Part shown: positions 28,400 through 42,466 of the stretch, piece after piece
Layout of the letters: every line of letters begins with the position of its first letter
How positions within the stretch are numbered: the stretch's first letter is position 1
Source: Tubulanus polymorphus
Lineage: Eukaryota; Animalia; Nemertea
DNA length: 64,000 nucleotides
Assembly: GCF_964204645.1 (NCBI RefSeq)
Contig: NC_134027.1
Coordinates: 20,918,560-20,982,559 of the forward strand
Direction of reading: 5' to 3'
Made by a program: the position numbers and the translations under genes
Notes under the pieces: model-generated
Databases searched by the model: none
What the model saw: only the letters and a program-made list of their open reading frames with translations
Told to the model about the DNA's origin: nothing

Positions 28400-31300
28400 T
28401 TAAGAACACTTAGATCTATTAATTCCATTGATTTTATCTTTCCACATTCTCAGTAAATCACCTTTTGGGATATTTCTCAGTTTTCTAAGCATGTCCCATC
28501 CGCGCCTGGAGGTTGCCAGAACGTAGTCGTTACTCGTGTCAAGACTGTGGGTGTATGCGCCTAATGTGAGCGACTGGGCGTACCGCGACGCAACCAACAG
28601 GGGTATCATCGACATCTCAAGGTCATTCAAATGCACCTGACTTAGATATCCCGCCAAGCATTGCGCGCAGACGTCCATAAAATCAATATGTGACATCGCT
28701 ACGGAAGATGTGCAGTACATCATCAATGTTGCAACTTCGAATACTTTATAAGCCATATTTATGTCTCCGAAATCAAGAATACCGGCTACATGCAACTTTT
28801 TCACTCCATTTTCGTCAATTCTAGTATCAATAAGAATATTCTGTTCATTGAAATCACCGTGAATCATCACTGAAAATAGATGAATAAAAAACAAATACGA
28901 GTCTATTATCAAATTTGAATGTGTTCTGCATATTCATAGCGAAAGTTTTGTTTGTAGATTCACGTGTGAAAAAAAAATTAAAATGTAATTGTTACAACAA
29001 AATATCACATGCCCTAAAATTACCTAAACTACACACTTATAGTGTAGAATAAGTACAATTTGTACTGAAAAAATACAATACAGTATAATACAATTCCTTC
29101 TGCGTTCATAAGTCTTTAATCGCATGGAATAATGTACTTACAAACACTGTGCACACGTCGGGCAAGGGTCTGGCGCACACAACAAGAAAAATCTCGAAAC
29201 AAGAAACTGATTTTGAGTTTATGCGTTTCGATAAGTTTTACAACTTATAAAACTAGGGGTCCAGGGACACCACGCCCGCTTTGGAAGTGGTTTGAAATGC
29301 TCAGCAATTAGAAAATCTTTATAGTCAATGCCCCCAATGAACATATAATGAAATGAATGATCTTGAAACTCGCCACAATCATAGAACATGTCAATATTGA
29401 TAGATCATGTCATGAGCTACTGTGCAATTTTTTGTGGTTACAAAATATGCCGAGATACCAATACATTTCTTGTGTTGACTACATTCAATGCGCCCTGGTG
29501 ACCATATATAAAAAAACCAACGCCTTGAAATCCACTACAATCATGGAACATGTTTCTTGTTTCAGAAAACACCAACATGTTTCGTTAAACCGTATTTCTT
29601 GTTTCGGGGCAGCTAGGTCACGAAACAAACCAGAATAAGGTTTTGTCTATTTCGTTCTGTGGCTGCACTATGGCCTTTAATCTAAGAAAAAGATAGCATA
29701 TTGCCCGAACGTTACCGCTCATACCTTTCTTCAGATCGTGTAGATTTGGTACGACGTATGTCTCATAGTCGTTGAATATGTCGGATATCAGTTTATGTTT
29801 ATCGGCATCCTGTAGAACATACATATACTCCCTAACATCCAGCACATTCTTTAAATTCCATATCATCTGGTGTAGCCCTCCGTCTGTCATATCCTACAAA
29901 CAAATATCCGCCATATTTAATTTCACTTAAGCCGCAATTGAATATTACCATCTTTAAATCAATGATGCAATCAGGGGTGGGTTTAGAGGGTCTCGGGGGC
30001 CAGGATCCCTGCCTTCCCTTTTCTTTTCTTCTGAACCCCGTCCTCCCAAAGTGGCTAGATCCGCCACTGATTGACATAATCACTAATATGCTAGTAATTT
30101 TTCCGTACATCGTTTTGCCCCGCGTTGACAGTAAACGACCGAGGTCTTACAGAACAAGTGCGTATTTTTCCCCAAAAGTATTCTAAAATCTGTTCACAAA
30201 ATAATATGTTCACATACATGCTAAGAAACTCGATATAACACATCGAACCCACCCAAACTCGATATGATAAACTGAAAATCTATATTGCTGCAAGAAACCC
30301 CTGGACCTAAGGAAACGATTTTGTTTTCATTTTCTTGTCACGGAAAATAAGCAAAACATTTCTTCGACGGCATTTTTTCATGGCCACTGTAGTTTTGAAA
30401 TCGTCGCGGCATATCACAAAGAATTCAAAATCTAAAGAAATATTTTGACTGAGATCTCACTGAATTTCAGAGATCAAGAAATGCACAGCTTTGATGGAAA
30501 ATTCCCGAAACTTGACTCCCAACCAATGAAACATATCATAATCATACGACTCTCACTCAAGAGTCTTACTTAAATCTTAAATCTGTGAATTAAAGATCGC
30601 TAACTCATGACTGGACCCGTAGAAATGTACCGAACTTACTTCAATAGCGCAATCCATTTTGCCACAGACTGCTCCGATCTCGTACAGTAGCTCAGGAGTA
30701 ACGTCACTGGTTTTATCGAGAATCTGCCCCGGTATGAATGTGAACAGCCGCACAAGATGTTCTTTATAAGTCTCATTTTCTGTCGCATCTAAAAAGACAA
30801 CATTCTTTTTGATGACCACAAATACGTAGTGTGTACGCAATCTGGGGGTGCGCTACGCAAAATTCAGTTTTTTAGAAGGAATACGTGATTTTGTTTTTTC
30901 TGTTTATTGCATACTCATGAAAACTTATTTTCGGGGTTTAACTCAACAAATAAAGACGAATAGAGGACAATTTTCTGAACAGGCCGATCTTACAACGGAG
31001 CCCTTAGCGGCTAGGTTCAAGAAGACTATGTCTGAAAACAAGATGTTCTCAGGTCAAACTAGCTGCTATAGATACAAGTAGGCTATCATACGACGATCTT
31101 AAATGTTTCGACGAAAAGTGAAAAAATGCCACTTTAAGTGGATGCACTCGAATTGAGTGTATTACGGAAGTCTCGTAGGACCCCCTGGATCCACCCTGGA
31201 TGATCTTATGGGTTCCAGCCAGTGAGAGATATCCAGAATTAAACAAGACGACACGTCATATAGGATATAGAGGTCGGATGACGAGAAATAATCGATTGAT

Positions 31301-33404
31301 CACGCTGACCATATGACCATTTACCAATCACGCTGTATGCTGTATACATATACAGTATATCCTGGAATCGTTTTGAAAATATAGACATTAGACATAAGAC
31401 AAAAGAAAAATTCCTGTCTTAAATCAGTAACGTAATTGCATGATAATGAGAGCTCATATGTATTTGTAAATTGGAAATGTCCCAATAAAGCAAGTTCATT
31501 CCACAAAATTTCTTGGATTATATATTGATATTAAACTGACGTGGTCTGACCATATATCATTTGTCTGTAAAAAGATATCTCGTAAAATTGGTGTATTAAA
31601 TAGATTGGTTCTAAATTGTTTTACTTTGAATGCATGACTGTTAGGCAGAATCTGAAAAAGAGTTAGGCAGTAGTGAATTCTTATATATCTAAATATGAAA
31701 AAGCACAATTGAAATTTCGTCATTGCTCGAAAAGTAAGGATACCTAAGTTTTTGAAGATGGGGCTGTATGATCTAAAGGGGGAACCTTTGATATAACACG
31801 CTTTTGAAGTAGGATTATTGGCCTGATTCTCGATTCGTAGTTATACGATTATTATAGTTCATAATGGAAAAATAAAATTATATTGAATTATATTATGTAT
31901 TTATTGTGATTTAGTGAAGAACACTTACTTTAAAATCAAATTATATTATTATTCGCCGAGAGGAAAATGTATTAAGATACGATGACAACACGTAGCTTCG
32001 CTACACTGGATAACTTGGTTAAATGTGCGCGTTTTTCTAGTAAGCTTTACAACGAATTGCCTCCAGACTTCGGGTTCTACGTTGTCACGAACACTTTGAA
32101 TTGGAATACAATGTTGTAACCCGTATGGTCAGACTTTTCAGGTGAAAAATACGAGAAAGTCTAGTTCTTTTTGGCGAGGGGTAAACGTAGAAGTTTTCGG
32201 TAGAAATAATGGATGGCGTCATAACCTTGTTGCAGAACTCCATTTGTGTAGATTCTCTCCAGACTGTAAAACGATCCTTCTTTGTTCAGTATTGGAGCCT
32301 GCACTGGCAAGTGAGCATTGACCAGACGTTGCATGAATTCGAGTTGTCTATCTGAAACGTTCAAAATAAATAAAATGATATAACGATATAGTTTGCTAAT
32401 ATCTCGCGAATTACCGAATCTACGTACCGGTACGAGTTCAAACAAAATTTATTTGAAAAGTCTGGACCTCGGTCATACTTTATGTGTTAACATTAGTAAA
32501 TCACTCGCCTTAAACCGATGGTTAACTTACTACAACCTAGTCATTTGAGTTGCAAGGGGTCAAGTTCAGGGGCTGGTTGCTCAAACATTGGTGACCCTAA
32601 CCAGTCGTCAAGCTTAACATCTATTAGTAAAAATTCTTAAAGGGTCGTTAGTGGGTAGCTCATTTCATTCCAAAATGGCTACAATCAGTTCAAAAGAAAA
32701 TGCAACTGTTAATGAACGTTACAAGAAAAGGAAGACAATGTCTCTTCACAAGACGTTGATGGTGCTCTTTTATAAACGCATTGCCAAGCTAATCTTCAAT
32801 TAACGATGTGGTGAATTCAATTCCTTCCCGCGTCATCCAAGAAAAACATCTTTTTAGTGAACAGTTTTGGTTGATTTTGAGCTGTTTTATAATAGTACAG
32901 TGCTGAAATATAAGTCTATTCTATCAGTCTATTTACAATCCCCGACAGTAACGACACAATAAGTGATTTATGGATACGTTAGGAGTTAAACAACTTTTGA
33001 ACAATACCGGTCCTTAGTCTATAAAACTAACCCCAATGATAGATGGCCTGGACTCAAATGTGGAACCGGTTATACTTGTAACCATATCATCTGAATCAAG
33101 AGCTCGGTCAGACATTATCCAGTTACGTAAATGTTGCAATACATTTTGCACGGTACTCACCAAACGATTTTAAGTTTTTAGAATCCTCCGTATTCGTTAC
33201 TTTGAATACATAGCCATCCGGATGAAGCTGTTTAATGTTCGGATTGTCAAAGTTTTCTTCGAATTGCACGTAGAAATTCTTGTCGTCGTAGCCGTTCAAT
33301 GCTTTCATTTTTCGTATAGTGAACCCGTAAAGACTTTTAACAAGTTCGTGAATTTGTTTTTCGGAAACATTTGGCGCTATCACGTCGCCTGGTGAGGTGT
33401 TCAT
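28400..33404 (-). CDS. HYKK: Hydroxylysine kinase / aminoglycoside-phosphotransferase-domain protein, 5 coding exons (33404-33161, 32351-32226, 30788-30640, 29893-29725, 28869-28400; 385 aa)
   Basis: LNGYDDKNF, YVFKVTN, VRLFTFIPG, IWNL, IHGDFNEQNIL, GILDFGD motifs. All four introns are GT-AG with compatible phases (1,1,0,1). Confidence 0.88.
29252..29550 (+). repeat. Truncated copy of the Helentron-like repeat found at 63240-63960
   Basis: Shares actagggg.c.agggacacca start, cttgaaactc.ccacaatcatagaacatgtca and gccctggtgaccatat. Confidence 0.75.
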
Positions 33405-33504
33405 CGTCTCAGATTATCTACAGAAAGTAAACGAATGAATGTACACGTTGAAGCACAGAGCTGAACTTACATTGAGGGGCACCTTATGTCATTAAAACAA
33501 ACGG

Positions 33505-33830
33505 TCGCAAAATTTGTGGACGCGCGGCAACGAGTGACCATGTAATATACTCATGCACAGAAGCACAGCAATTATATCACAATTATATAACACACCTTTA
33601 AATATCACTCAAGACATTGTCTACACAGGAATTACTAAATTTCTAGATTTCTTCAAACGCACACTCACAAACTTCTCACATCTTTTATTTCTCGCACAAT
33701 CCATTTTGTACAAAAATCATTACAATCTAGAACAAGGCTCTGGCTGCACCAACACTATTATTCATTTCAAAAACTCACTAAAAGATCGCCTAAACCAAGA
33801 AATCATACTTCAACAAAACCTTCATATTTT
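33505..33830 (+). pseudogene. Second L1/Tx1 ORF2 3' remnant
   Basis: DNA is closely similar to 3190-3525 (NITQDIVYTGITK...LFLAQSILYKNHYNLE). Confidence 0.75.
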
Positions 33831-35589
33831 GAGTCTTAACAATATACTTATACACCTGGACGCAAGCGGACTGAACGTAGTAAACAGAATCACCCTCGAC
33901 ACCATTAGCGTAACGCCAGTTTTTATTACTTACACCAGGGAAGTGTGATGAGATGTGATGTGATAAGCGTAGCTTACTGCTGTTGCGGTAACCTTTGATG
34001 TACGGGCTGAATTGAATAGCCTACATCCGGCAATTAAAAGCGTCCGTATTCCATCTCATCACACTTCCCTGCTTACACCTACATATCCCGACTTTGACAC
34101 TTGAGGTATGTTCTGATTTAGATCAAACTGTTAGATAATTGCTTCGTAGTTTAGATCGAACAGGGATGACGGTCTATCAATACGCATAGAACTGTCTCAC
34201 CACTTTTGCTCTATACCATCACATACGCATTAGTTTACTGTTTCTGATGTTTTGACTGTAAACTCAGTCTCATTGCCGCGATAGCTGGAACGCTGCCTCC
34301 GTTTTTGGCCTTAGGATAGCAAGCTCAGTCTATCTACGCGCAATGGTGACTGGAAAGTTGCCTCTTGACATCAGTCTCATTAAAAACTGCCAAAAACCTA
34401 ATCGTGACAATGTAAATAGAACCCGATCAAGACTGTATATATGCAAATGTACAAACATGTATCCAATATTCACGTGACTGTGCCGCTTTCTTCCTTACGG
34501 TCTATCAATGCGCATAGCACTGTCCGTTTGATTGCGATACATTCACGGACCTAACTATGCACTGTACATTAGAAACACAAAACTGCTCCCAGTGTAAAAC
34601 TTTTACTTTTAGGCAAATTCAGCACCAGATGTGAAGTACCAACTGCGCACCCCTTGACGGAGAAACCCATCCTCATCGGAGCTGCACCGTCGATGTCATA
34701 CAACTACACTTCGGATACCCCAGGGCCATACTCACATCTGGAAAATTTGCGTTTCGAAATGTGCTTTCTTACTCTGGTCAGGGACACTTCCCTGCTCTGG
34801 TCAACACGCGGGATCATCAACTTAGACAAACTTCTACATCAAAATCTCGAGAAAAAACCACAATAAACTATCGTACTATTTACACGTCCAAAAACGACCA
34901 AAAAAATAAAAAATTGGACAAAATGATCTTCAACCTTGTAATATAGCTATTTCCAGAATCTCGATGTATTGAATTAGGCAGCCAGAAAAGTTCATCCCAA
35001 TCAGTCGCTTGCCGGTTCAGACTGAATGGAAGATTGTCACGATTGTTAGGATGAACCGGAACCGAATTTCCAATTATGTACTTCGATTTTTTTTAAAATT
35101 CTGTTAATTCGACCGCCGATCACACAACTATATCTGTACTTCGATTTCCGATTTAACAATTAAACCCCCCTGTTTCGCTCCCGGCAGGTGTGGTGGGTCT
35201 GTATGGGACACTCAATCGAAAAATCAAACGAAATTTACCAACCAAAAAAATAAATAACGGGGACAATCCCTATTTTAAGATCAAACGGTCGCAGATGGTC
35301 AGTGCGTCGTACTGTGCATAAACGGAAATATGAACGCTAAATCTCTTTGATGAAATGTTTAATCAATGATAATATTTATCTATTTACCGCTCTCCGTTGC
35401 GTACTAAAGCGGTTTACTAAGATATGTCATAAATGTTGTTTTAAAAAGGCGAGTTTTCATACCAGACTTGAATTTTTCAATATCTGCGCCGTATATATGT
35501 TTCGCGATATGATTTATTTGATAGTATGGTTAAGCCGATTTTGCTTAATGCTTGTGAAATATGGGGCTACGAAAGTCCAATATCATTGA

Positions 35590-36495
35590 AAATGTGCAAT
35601 CTCTTATCTGTAAGTCCGTCCTTAGACTGAATAAGTCGACACCCAATTCTATGGTGTACGGAGAACTTGGTCGAATCCCTCTTGAAATTGACATTAAAAG
35701 TGTAAATTAAGATGGTAAAATTCTGGGCAAACCTCGTATCAAAAAAACAGAGAAACACTCTCTAGTGAAACATATTTTATCCAATACGATTTAAGCACGT
35801 CACAAAATATCAATTTCAAGTAGTTATCTTCTGTCGAAAATATACTCCAGTGTGGAATGTGGAATGGCTAATTTCTGGTTCGGGCAAAATTTTCCTAACG
35901 TCTTGTATATTTATGAATCTGTAAAGTTACGACGTACTGATCAATTTATTCAGAAATGGCACGCAGACTGTATAGAATCACCTAAAGCGTTATCTTATCG
36001 TCGTATCAAACCGACTTGTATTACTCTTGAGCCTGAAAATTACAACCTCTCGTTACCTGCGTCATACCGTATTTCCATCTGTACAGTTAAAATGTAGCAA
36101 CCATAATTTACCCATGGAATTAGGCAGGCGACACAGAATACCTCGGGGAGAACGACTTTGCACGAACTGTAACCTCGGCGTTTTTGGGAACGAGCGTCAC
36201 CCTATTATCAGAACGTAATTTTTTTGCCATGTACAACGCGAAAAACTAATCCCTAGAAGATTTTGGTCGACTCCAAATTTTGAAAATAGAAAATAAGAAC
36301 TCCCTTTTCTGTACAAAAAAACCTAAGAATCCAGATAAATCTTTCTGAATTTATTCGAATATGCTCAAATTGAATTGTAAACATGTATAATAGATATGTG
36401 AACTCCCCACTTTTTACCGTCATTTTGTATTTATGTATTATTAATGTACATTTTTTTTCAATGCGAATTGTAAAATTTGTGAACAATAAAAGTTG
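35590..36495 (+). pseudogene. Decayed LINE ORF2 3' end
   Basis: YGELGR.PL, KFWA, SNHNLPMELGR...PRGERLCTNCN...ERH fragments in shifting frames, ending in AATAAA. Confidence 0.7.
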
Positions 36496-37570
36496 AATCG
36501 GAGTGAAAGTTTTTTTTCTCGTGAAATACCCTACGCTCTGGGACTAAATTGCATTGCCTGAATGATATGACTAATAAAACTGAATAAACTTTTATAAATT
36601 TTTTAGCACCTGATGCATGGTCTCGACATAGATCGAACTACTATACAGCTAGAAAAAAATGAAACATCGTTTTTCCTAATCGGCCGGGTCACTTTTGAAA
36701 ACTTCAATACAATTTGTAATCAATTCATTTCTATAGCCCCCGAGTCTATTATGCCTAGCTTGATCATGGTTTTATGAGAAGTCATGTACAGGGTTGTAGA
36801 CATGAAGCAGAAATGAGAAAGAAGGTATTAATTCGTTTCAGCCTATACTTAAAAAAGGGATGATTTAGAGACAGAATACAAGCAGTTATCCTCTTTTTGA
36901 TTACATTTCGATTACCCTTAGAAACCACCCGGACACATGTCAATGGCAGATGAGATTTTTACTCCGCGCACCGGATAATGAATAGAATCGCAGAATCGCA
37001 GAATAAGTCCCGCTCTTTCCCCAATGAAAAAAAAACAATAATGTACAAAATTACCCCGGCCCTTTCCCGTTGCCATTATATGTCATTATCTTTTTAAATC
37101 ATATTATGATCAAGGCTCCAATTACCGCTCATACAGAAGTACCAACATATTATAATCCCCAGTTATTCTTACACGTGAAATATTCATAGAAATTTTTCTC
37201 GAATTCATCGAATGTACAACCATACCTTAGCTTCTTTTGTTTCGCAAACAATGCTAGTCACAATTTTCCATTTTTATCACGAAAATTTACGAAGGATTTG
37301 TAGAAGCAAATCGATTAATAAAACGCGAATCAAATGTTTAAAAATCATCAATCATAAGAATTGTACGTTGATTTCACAATCCCATGGCTATATCCGTCAT
37401 GGTCCCAGAGCAATGACTCAGTGTCGTTACTCGTGAATTATTTATATAAATCAGACTACAGTCTCAATAGATTGTATTAATGAAGCGTGGAACCATGAAA
37501 CCATTTTCAGATCTCTTAAGCGGCGAATGTTTTAAACAAGTTTTCTTTGCTAGGTTGACCCATAAGAACA

Positions 37571-37734
<164 letters not shown>

Positions 37735-40412
37735 TTGGTCTTTAATCAAAAATTTATGAAGACTTCGTTATGCTAATTTTAATGAGATCATAGGAAGTAA
37801 GGACATAGTCATATGAAGACATTTCTCCGGCGTGACTTTGTGGCTAATTCATATGTTTTTGGTATGGGCTCGCATCCGCGACCCCCCTGGTGGGGGAAAA
37901 TATATATTTTGCTTAATTTCGTTTGATATTTATATCGTATCTAGGGGTGTCCGATGGTTTGTACGTAAACTTATTTAATGCAATGGAATTTACCATAAAT
38001 AGAGATGTAACAATTTGATACGCGTGCCAATTCCAAGCACCATCCGCCAATTGTTAAAGAATATTTGGGTCGATTCAAATATGAACCCAAGGGCGGATTT
38101 AGGGGGAGGGGTGAACTGGATGGACTGGTCAGCTCCCATCAAATTTCGAATGTGCCCTCCTAAAAGTCTGAAAACTTTGTTTAAAAAGAAAATTTCCAAA
38201 AGACGAAAAAAAATTTCAACCGGGCCTGATTAGGGCCAAAAAAGGCCCGTGTTCGTTCTGAATTTTCTATTGGAGAGCTACGAGAACCCCTACCAATGTT
38301 TCGCACCATCAGCCTTTGCATTGCAAAATCTGCCCTTTCAAATAAGCCAAAATTTCTGGTCCACTCGTTCAAAGAATCTTGTCGGTTAAAACATAGAAAG
38401 ATCGTACATAATATGTGTGTGCGTTATTTAAATGATCACACTATTTAGAGACTATAAAGGAGGCTGAGTTGCAATTTGCAGAGCTTGGTTATGACCAGTG
38501 CATCATTCCCATTGGCCTCGCAACGGTGACGCCGCATTACTAAAGATAAACCGCGTGCATCATGTCTGATCTGGATCATGTACGTAGGCAGCAGATGTCA
38601 TGTCACATGGCCTCACAAACATAAAAAGCCAAACCGATTTTTTCAAATATAGCTCATTTCTAGACTACGTTAGTCCTACTTTGTTGTAATACAAATATAT
38701 GCCATGCGGTACAGACATTTCGCGGAGAAAATATCAAAATTCGAGGTTTACACGCTAACATACGTAACAACCCTCTGAATGTAGGCCTACTCGCAATTTT
38801 TTTTCAAAATGATCATAAATAAAGAGTTCGAAATAAAGCTTATGAACCTTTACAGTCGTGACAACAATATGATAAGGTAGATTAATGATCATATGATAGG
38901 GTCTGTATTTTTTTTCTAATTCAATTAGATATATATGTTACCTTTCAAACTGCCAATAAAGTACGTTTATTCCACACCACAGCGCCTACGGTTAACATTG
39001 CAACACCAATATAAGTATATATAAACGGATGTTCAAAGTACAGTAGCGATTGTGTTGATTACTAAATTAGGACGCGTTGATTGGAAATGGGAAGATTAAT
39101 GTGCATATATACAAGGTCTGTTTTTATCACGTGCGCGGAGGTTTATGCAGATCCTGGACCAACAGTAAAAGTTATACTAACACCTAATACGGAAAATGCA
39201 AAGCGTGTATTCGTTTATCTTTCAGCCCTACAAGCTGAAGAAGCAGGCCTATACTACGTCATAGATGGAAAGACATTGCCATACAGATGTGACCTGGCAA
39301 GTAGGCCTAAGCGTTAACTAACTGATACTGTAGAAAATAAGACAGTTTTATAATTTATTTTCACCACTGGGGTACCAGCAATAACCTGGCCCCATTTGCT
39401 CAAAAGTGGGTCCGAGTTATCCAGTACCACGGGAACAAAGCAATTTCAATCATCACTTGAGAGTTATACAACGTTGACAAATTTTCGAGCAACAAGGAAA
39501 GGAGTACTCGTGAGTGGATCCCGGGTTCCTGGGTTGCGCATCAAGATAAGGCATATACTACATATCGGGGCACCTGATCAAAAAAATGGTTCGTTTGTTA
39601 TTGGAAATGGAGAACAAGCTTGTATGAATTTACGTAGAATTTTTAGGTATCAGTTTAATATTTTTCATTTTCCCGTAAAATTCCAGGGCAACATGACATT
39701 TTAGTGGGGAGGGGGATGCACGGGATGACCTCTGCAATCGAACATTGACCAACCTGTTCGGATATTCCACGTCAATATTGTGTATCCCATATTACACAAA
39801 TCTATAATGATTCATCGTAGATTTCAGAAAGTATCTCTTTCAAATTAGATTCGTTTTCCAATACAAGCAAGAAGCAGAAGGTCCACTATCTCCACGTACT
39901 AAACACAGACAGCCAAGAATACACCTCAAGGCAGTCAGGACAAGCTCGGAAAGTCTTTCTTTCGCTTCTCGTTTATCATGAATTCAACTCGGATGCAGAT
40001 CGATCGAACATATAATAGTTATATCATAGTTATAACATATAATAGTAATAACATAGGTATATAGTTATATAATAGACTTATGTCAGTGGCAAACAAGTTT
40101 GGACGCTACCGCGCACTGTCATTGGTTATTCTGCCTATTATTGTTTCTGTTAGGCACCTTCGGGAATTCAGCGACGTTCTTGATAATGATAAATCACTGA
40201 TTCCGCAGTACGCTAACTATCTAATAGTTTTGTCTGCAAGTGATTCAATCTACTGCAATAATCTATCTATAACTCCTGTTTTACAGTTTGTTCTCTTGAA
40301 CGTACGAGAAAGTCATATATTCGTGATGAAGTCGCTGATCAGTTGTCAAATCTATGAATTCATAATGGCACTTGCGGCCTGCAATAGTTCGTGGTTTATA
40401 GTAGTGTTAGGA

Positions 40413-40855
40413 GACTGAGATATATTGTTATTAGGAATTTTGGGTAAAAAGCTGAAACTTGGTACTAGGTCACTGGGTCATTTAAATATTATATAAATTT
40501 ACATGTGAGCATAATGTGACTGACGTATTAGGTGATATTCACGTCAGATCACGTACCAGTAATTCTATTTAGTGACCACATGTTTCTGGGGAATTATTTG
40601 TGGAATTAGTTGTTCAAATAGGGTGGATTGATATTTTACGTAACACTTGGATTATAATGGAATGTGGGGAAATGTGTTCAAACTTGGTCATTAGCTGTAG
40701 TCAAAACAGACCACAGTATATAAGGGGGACATATCGAATGTGAGTAGAACCGGGACTGACTAATACAGAAGTTATAAATAAAAATCTACAACATCATAAT
40801 GACATACAGTTGTTAAGAGTTCCTCGATAGTAAGGACCTATCAGTAGCTATATAA
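40413..40855. mobile_element. ~443-bp insertion of unknown class (LTR-like) in TM3 of the GPCR pseudogene
   Basis: Its removal restores the GPCR frame exactly. It contains TATATAAGGG (~40717) and AATAAA (~40777). No clear TSD or TG...CA ends. Confidence 0.55.
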
Positions 40856-40907
40856 CTAGAACGTACGGTAGTTGTGTTCTTCCCGTTCACGTCTCGTATC
40901 ATACGTA

Positions 40908-41027
40908 AGTAATTGGGAAAGTAGGCTTTCAGATCAGAGTACGAAGTACGAGACACCACTCATCACCACAAGTAATTTTTTTCCTAACACTCATCACCAC
41001 AAGTAATTTTTTTTCCTAATAAATGGG
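40908..41027 (+). repeat. Left terminal inverted repeat (120 bp)
   Basis: Exact reverse complement of 57225-57344, including T-run lengths. Contains two tandem CACTCATCACCACAAGTAAT(T)nCCTAA units and the ATG of the first ORF. Confidence 0.97.
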
Positions 41028-41349
41028 AGATAGAAAAGCATTCTTAGCAACAATAAATAACAGAATAAAACCAGCAAAAAAACAATTTGAAATAAAAAAG
41101 TTAGTTGATGTTACAAAAGAAATTGAACATAAAATATTGAAATTAGAAAAGATAAAAACTAAATATGGAGAGAAAGTATCAGCTAATTTAAGCTACTGTA
41201 ATGTTAGTACATCGCGAGAATTTAAAGTGTTTTTACCTGATAAATGGGTTTCATTGAGTACGGAGGAATTGAAAGATTTAGTAGGATTTAAAATAATATA
41301 TCATGGGAAAAATGAAGACGGTCATCATGATTTAGAAATTGTTGATTAA
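41023..41349 (+). CDS. Polinton small basic protein of unknown function (108 aa)
   Basis: Starts at TAAATG inside the TIR. Lys-rich, no motif recognised. Confidence 0.75.
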   Translation: MGDRKAFLATINNRIKPAKKQFEIKKLVDVTKEIEHKILKLEKIKTKYGEKVSANLSYCNVSTSREFKVFLPDKWVSLSTEELKDLVGFKIIYHGKNEDGHHDLEIVD

Positions 41350-41528
41350 ATTTAAAAAAAAATAAATTAATAGAAATAATGAATATCTAGAATCCGAAAT
41401 GACTTATCTGGACAATTTAATTGCTCCACATAGATGGTGCCATAAACAGCACCCACACAGTGATAGACAAAAGTAGTGAGATATTCAATTAATTAAAAAA
41501 AATTATTTTTTTGCTTTTTTCTAAAATA

Positions 41529-41897
41529 TTAATCCATTTTTTTTATTATCAATTTTGGAATTTCAGAAGTATTTTCATTTTTGATAGCAGTTGTTTCAGA
41601 ATTATTACTATCATGAATTTTATTTGATTTCTTATACCAATTACACCCAATCAAAATGAATACAATTACAAATCCAACTGTAAAATATAGATATTTATCA
41701 AATATTCTACTATCAGAAGGAGTAGAAATAACAATATTTTCACCATTTTTATTAACATTTTTATTACTTATTTTTTCTTTTACAGCTTTTTTATATTCTT
41801 GTGATTTAATTCCTAATTGTCGAGACCATTCAATTTGTTTCTGAGTTCTCGGTTTTTTCTTCACAGTTAATTCCTTCACTTCTTTCACTTCGCTCAT
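41529..41897 (-). CDS. Polinton single-pass membrane protein (122 aa)
   Basis: TAAATG start, basic N-terminus, hydrophobic YLYFTVGFVIVFILIGC. Confidence 0.75.
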   Translation of the reverse strand: MSEVKEVKELTVKKKPRTQKQIEWSRQLGIKSQEYKKAVKEKISNKNVNKNGENIVISTPSDSRIFDKYLYFTVGFVIVFILIGCNWYKKSNKIHDSNNSETTAIKNENTSEIPKLIIKKMD

Positions 41898-42435
41898 TTA
41901 TTATAGAAATATTTTTACTTTCAATATTTGAAAATGTTATAACCCCGGTTGATAATAATGTCATAAATCCACCTAATTGAAATGATAAATATCCAATCCA
42001 CTTATTTAATTCAGTCATAACTAAATAATCATTTTTTAAATCGGAATATAATCTATTTTCATCTTCAATTGGTAGTATATAATTACATAATTTACTATAA
42101 CCTTTTACTACATTTTCTGATATCGCGTCATTAATTTTAGCTGTTCTCGCGGCTTCATAAATCTTAAATAATCTAATAATTTCAACTGATTTCATTGTAT
42201 CTAATTCATTATAAGTTAAATTTTTATCAACAAATTTTTTACATTTTCCAGATGCTATTAATATTTCTAATTGATGTTTGCAATAAAGATAATATTCATA
42301 ATTATTATTTGTTGTAACATTATTTAAAGCACCATCATCTGGAGGTAATTTTGTTTCTGTTATTCCTAAATCATCTAAAGTTTTTTCAATTGGAACATCA
42401 CCATTTTTAGATTTTATTTTCTTTTCACCTCCCAT
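41830..42435 (-). CDS. Polinton protein of unknown function (201 aa), hydrophobic C-terminal segment
   Basis: TAAATG start; WIGYLSFQLGGFMTLLSTGVITF near the C-terminus. Confidence 0.75.
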   Translation of the reverse strand: MGGEKKIKSKNGDVPIEKTLDDLGITETKLPPDDGALNNVTTNNNYEYYLYCKHQLEILIASGKCKKFVDKNLTYNELDTMKSVEIIRLFKIYEAARTAKINDAISENVVKGYSKLCNYILPIEDENRLYSDLKNDYLVMTELNKWIGYLSFQLGGFMTLLSTGVITFSNIESKNISIINERSERSEGINCEEKTENSETN

Positions 42436-42466
42436 TTATAAAACAAATAAATTAGTTGTGTTGTTG

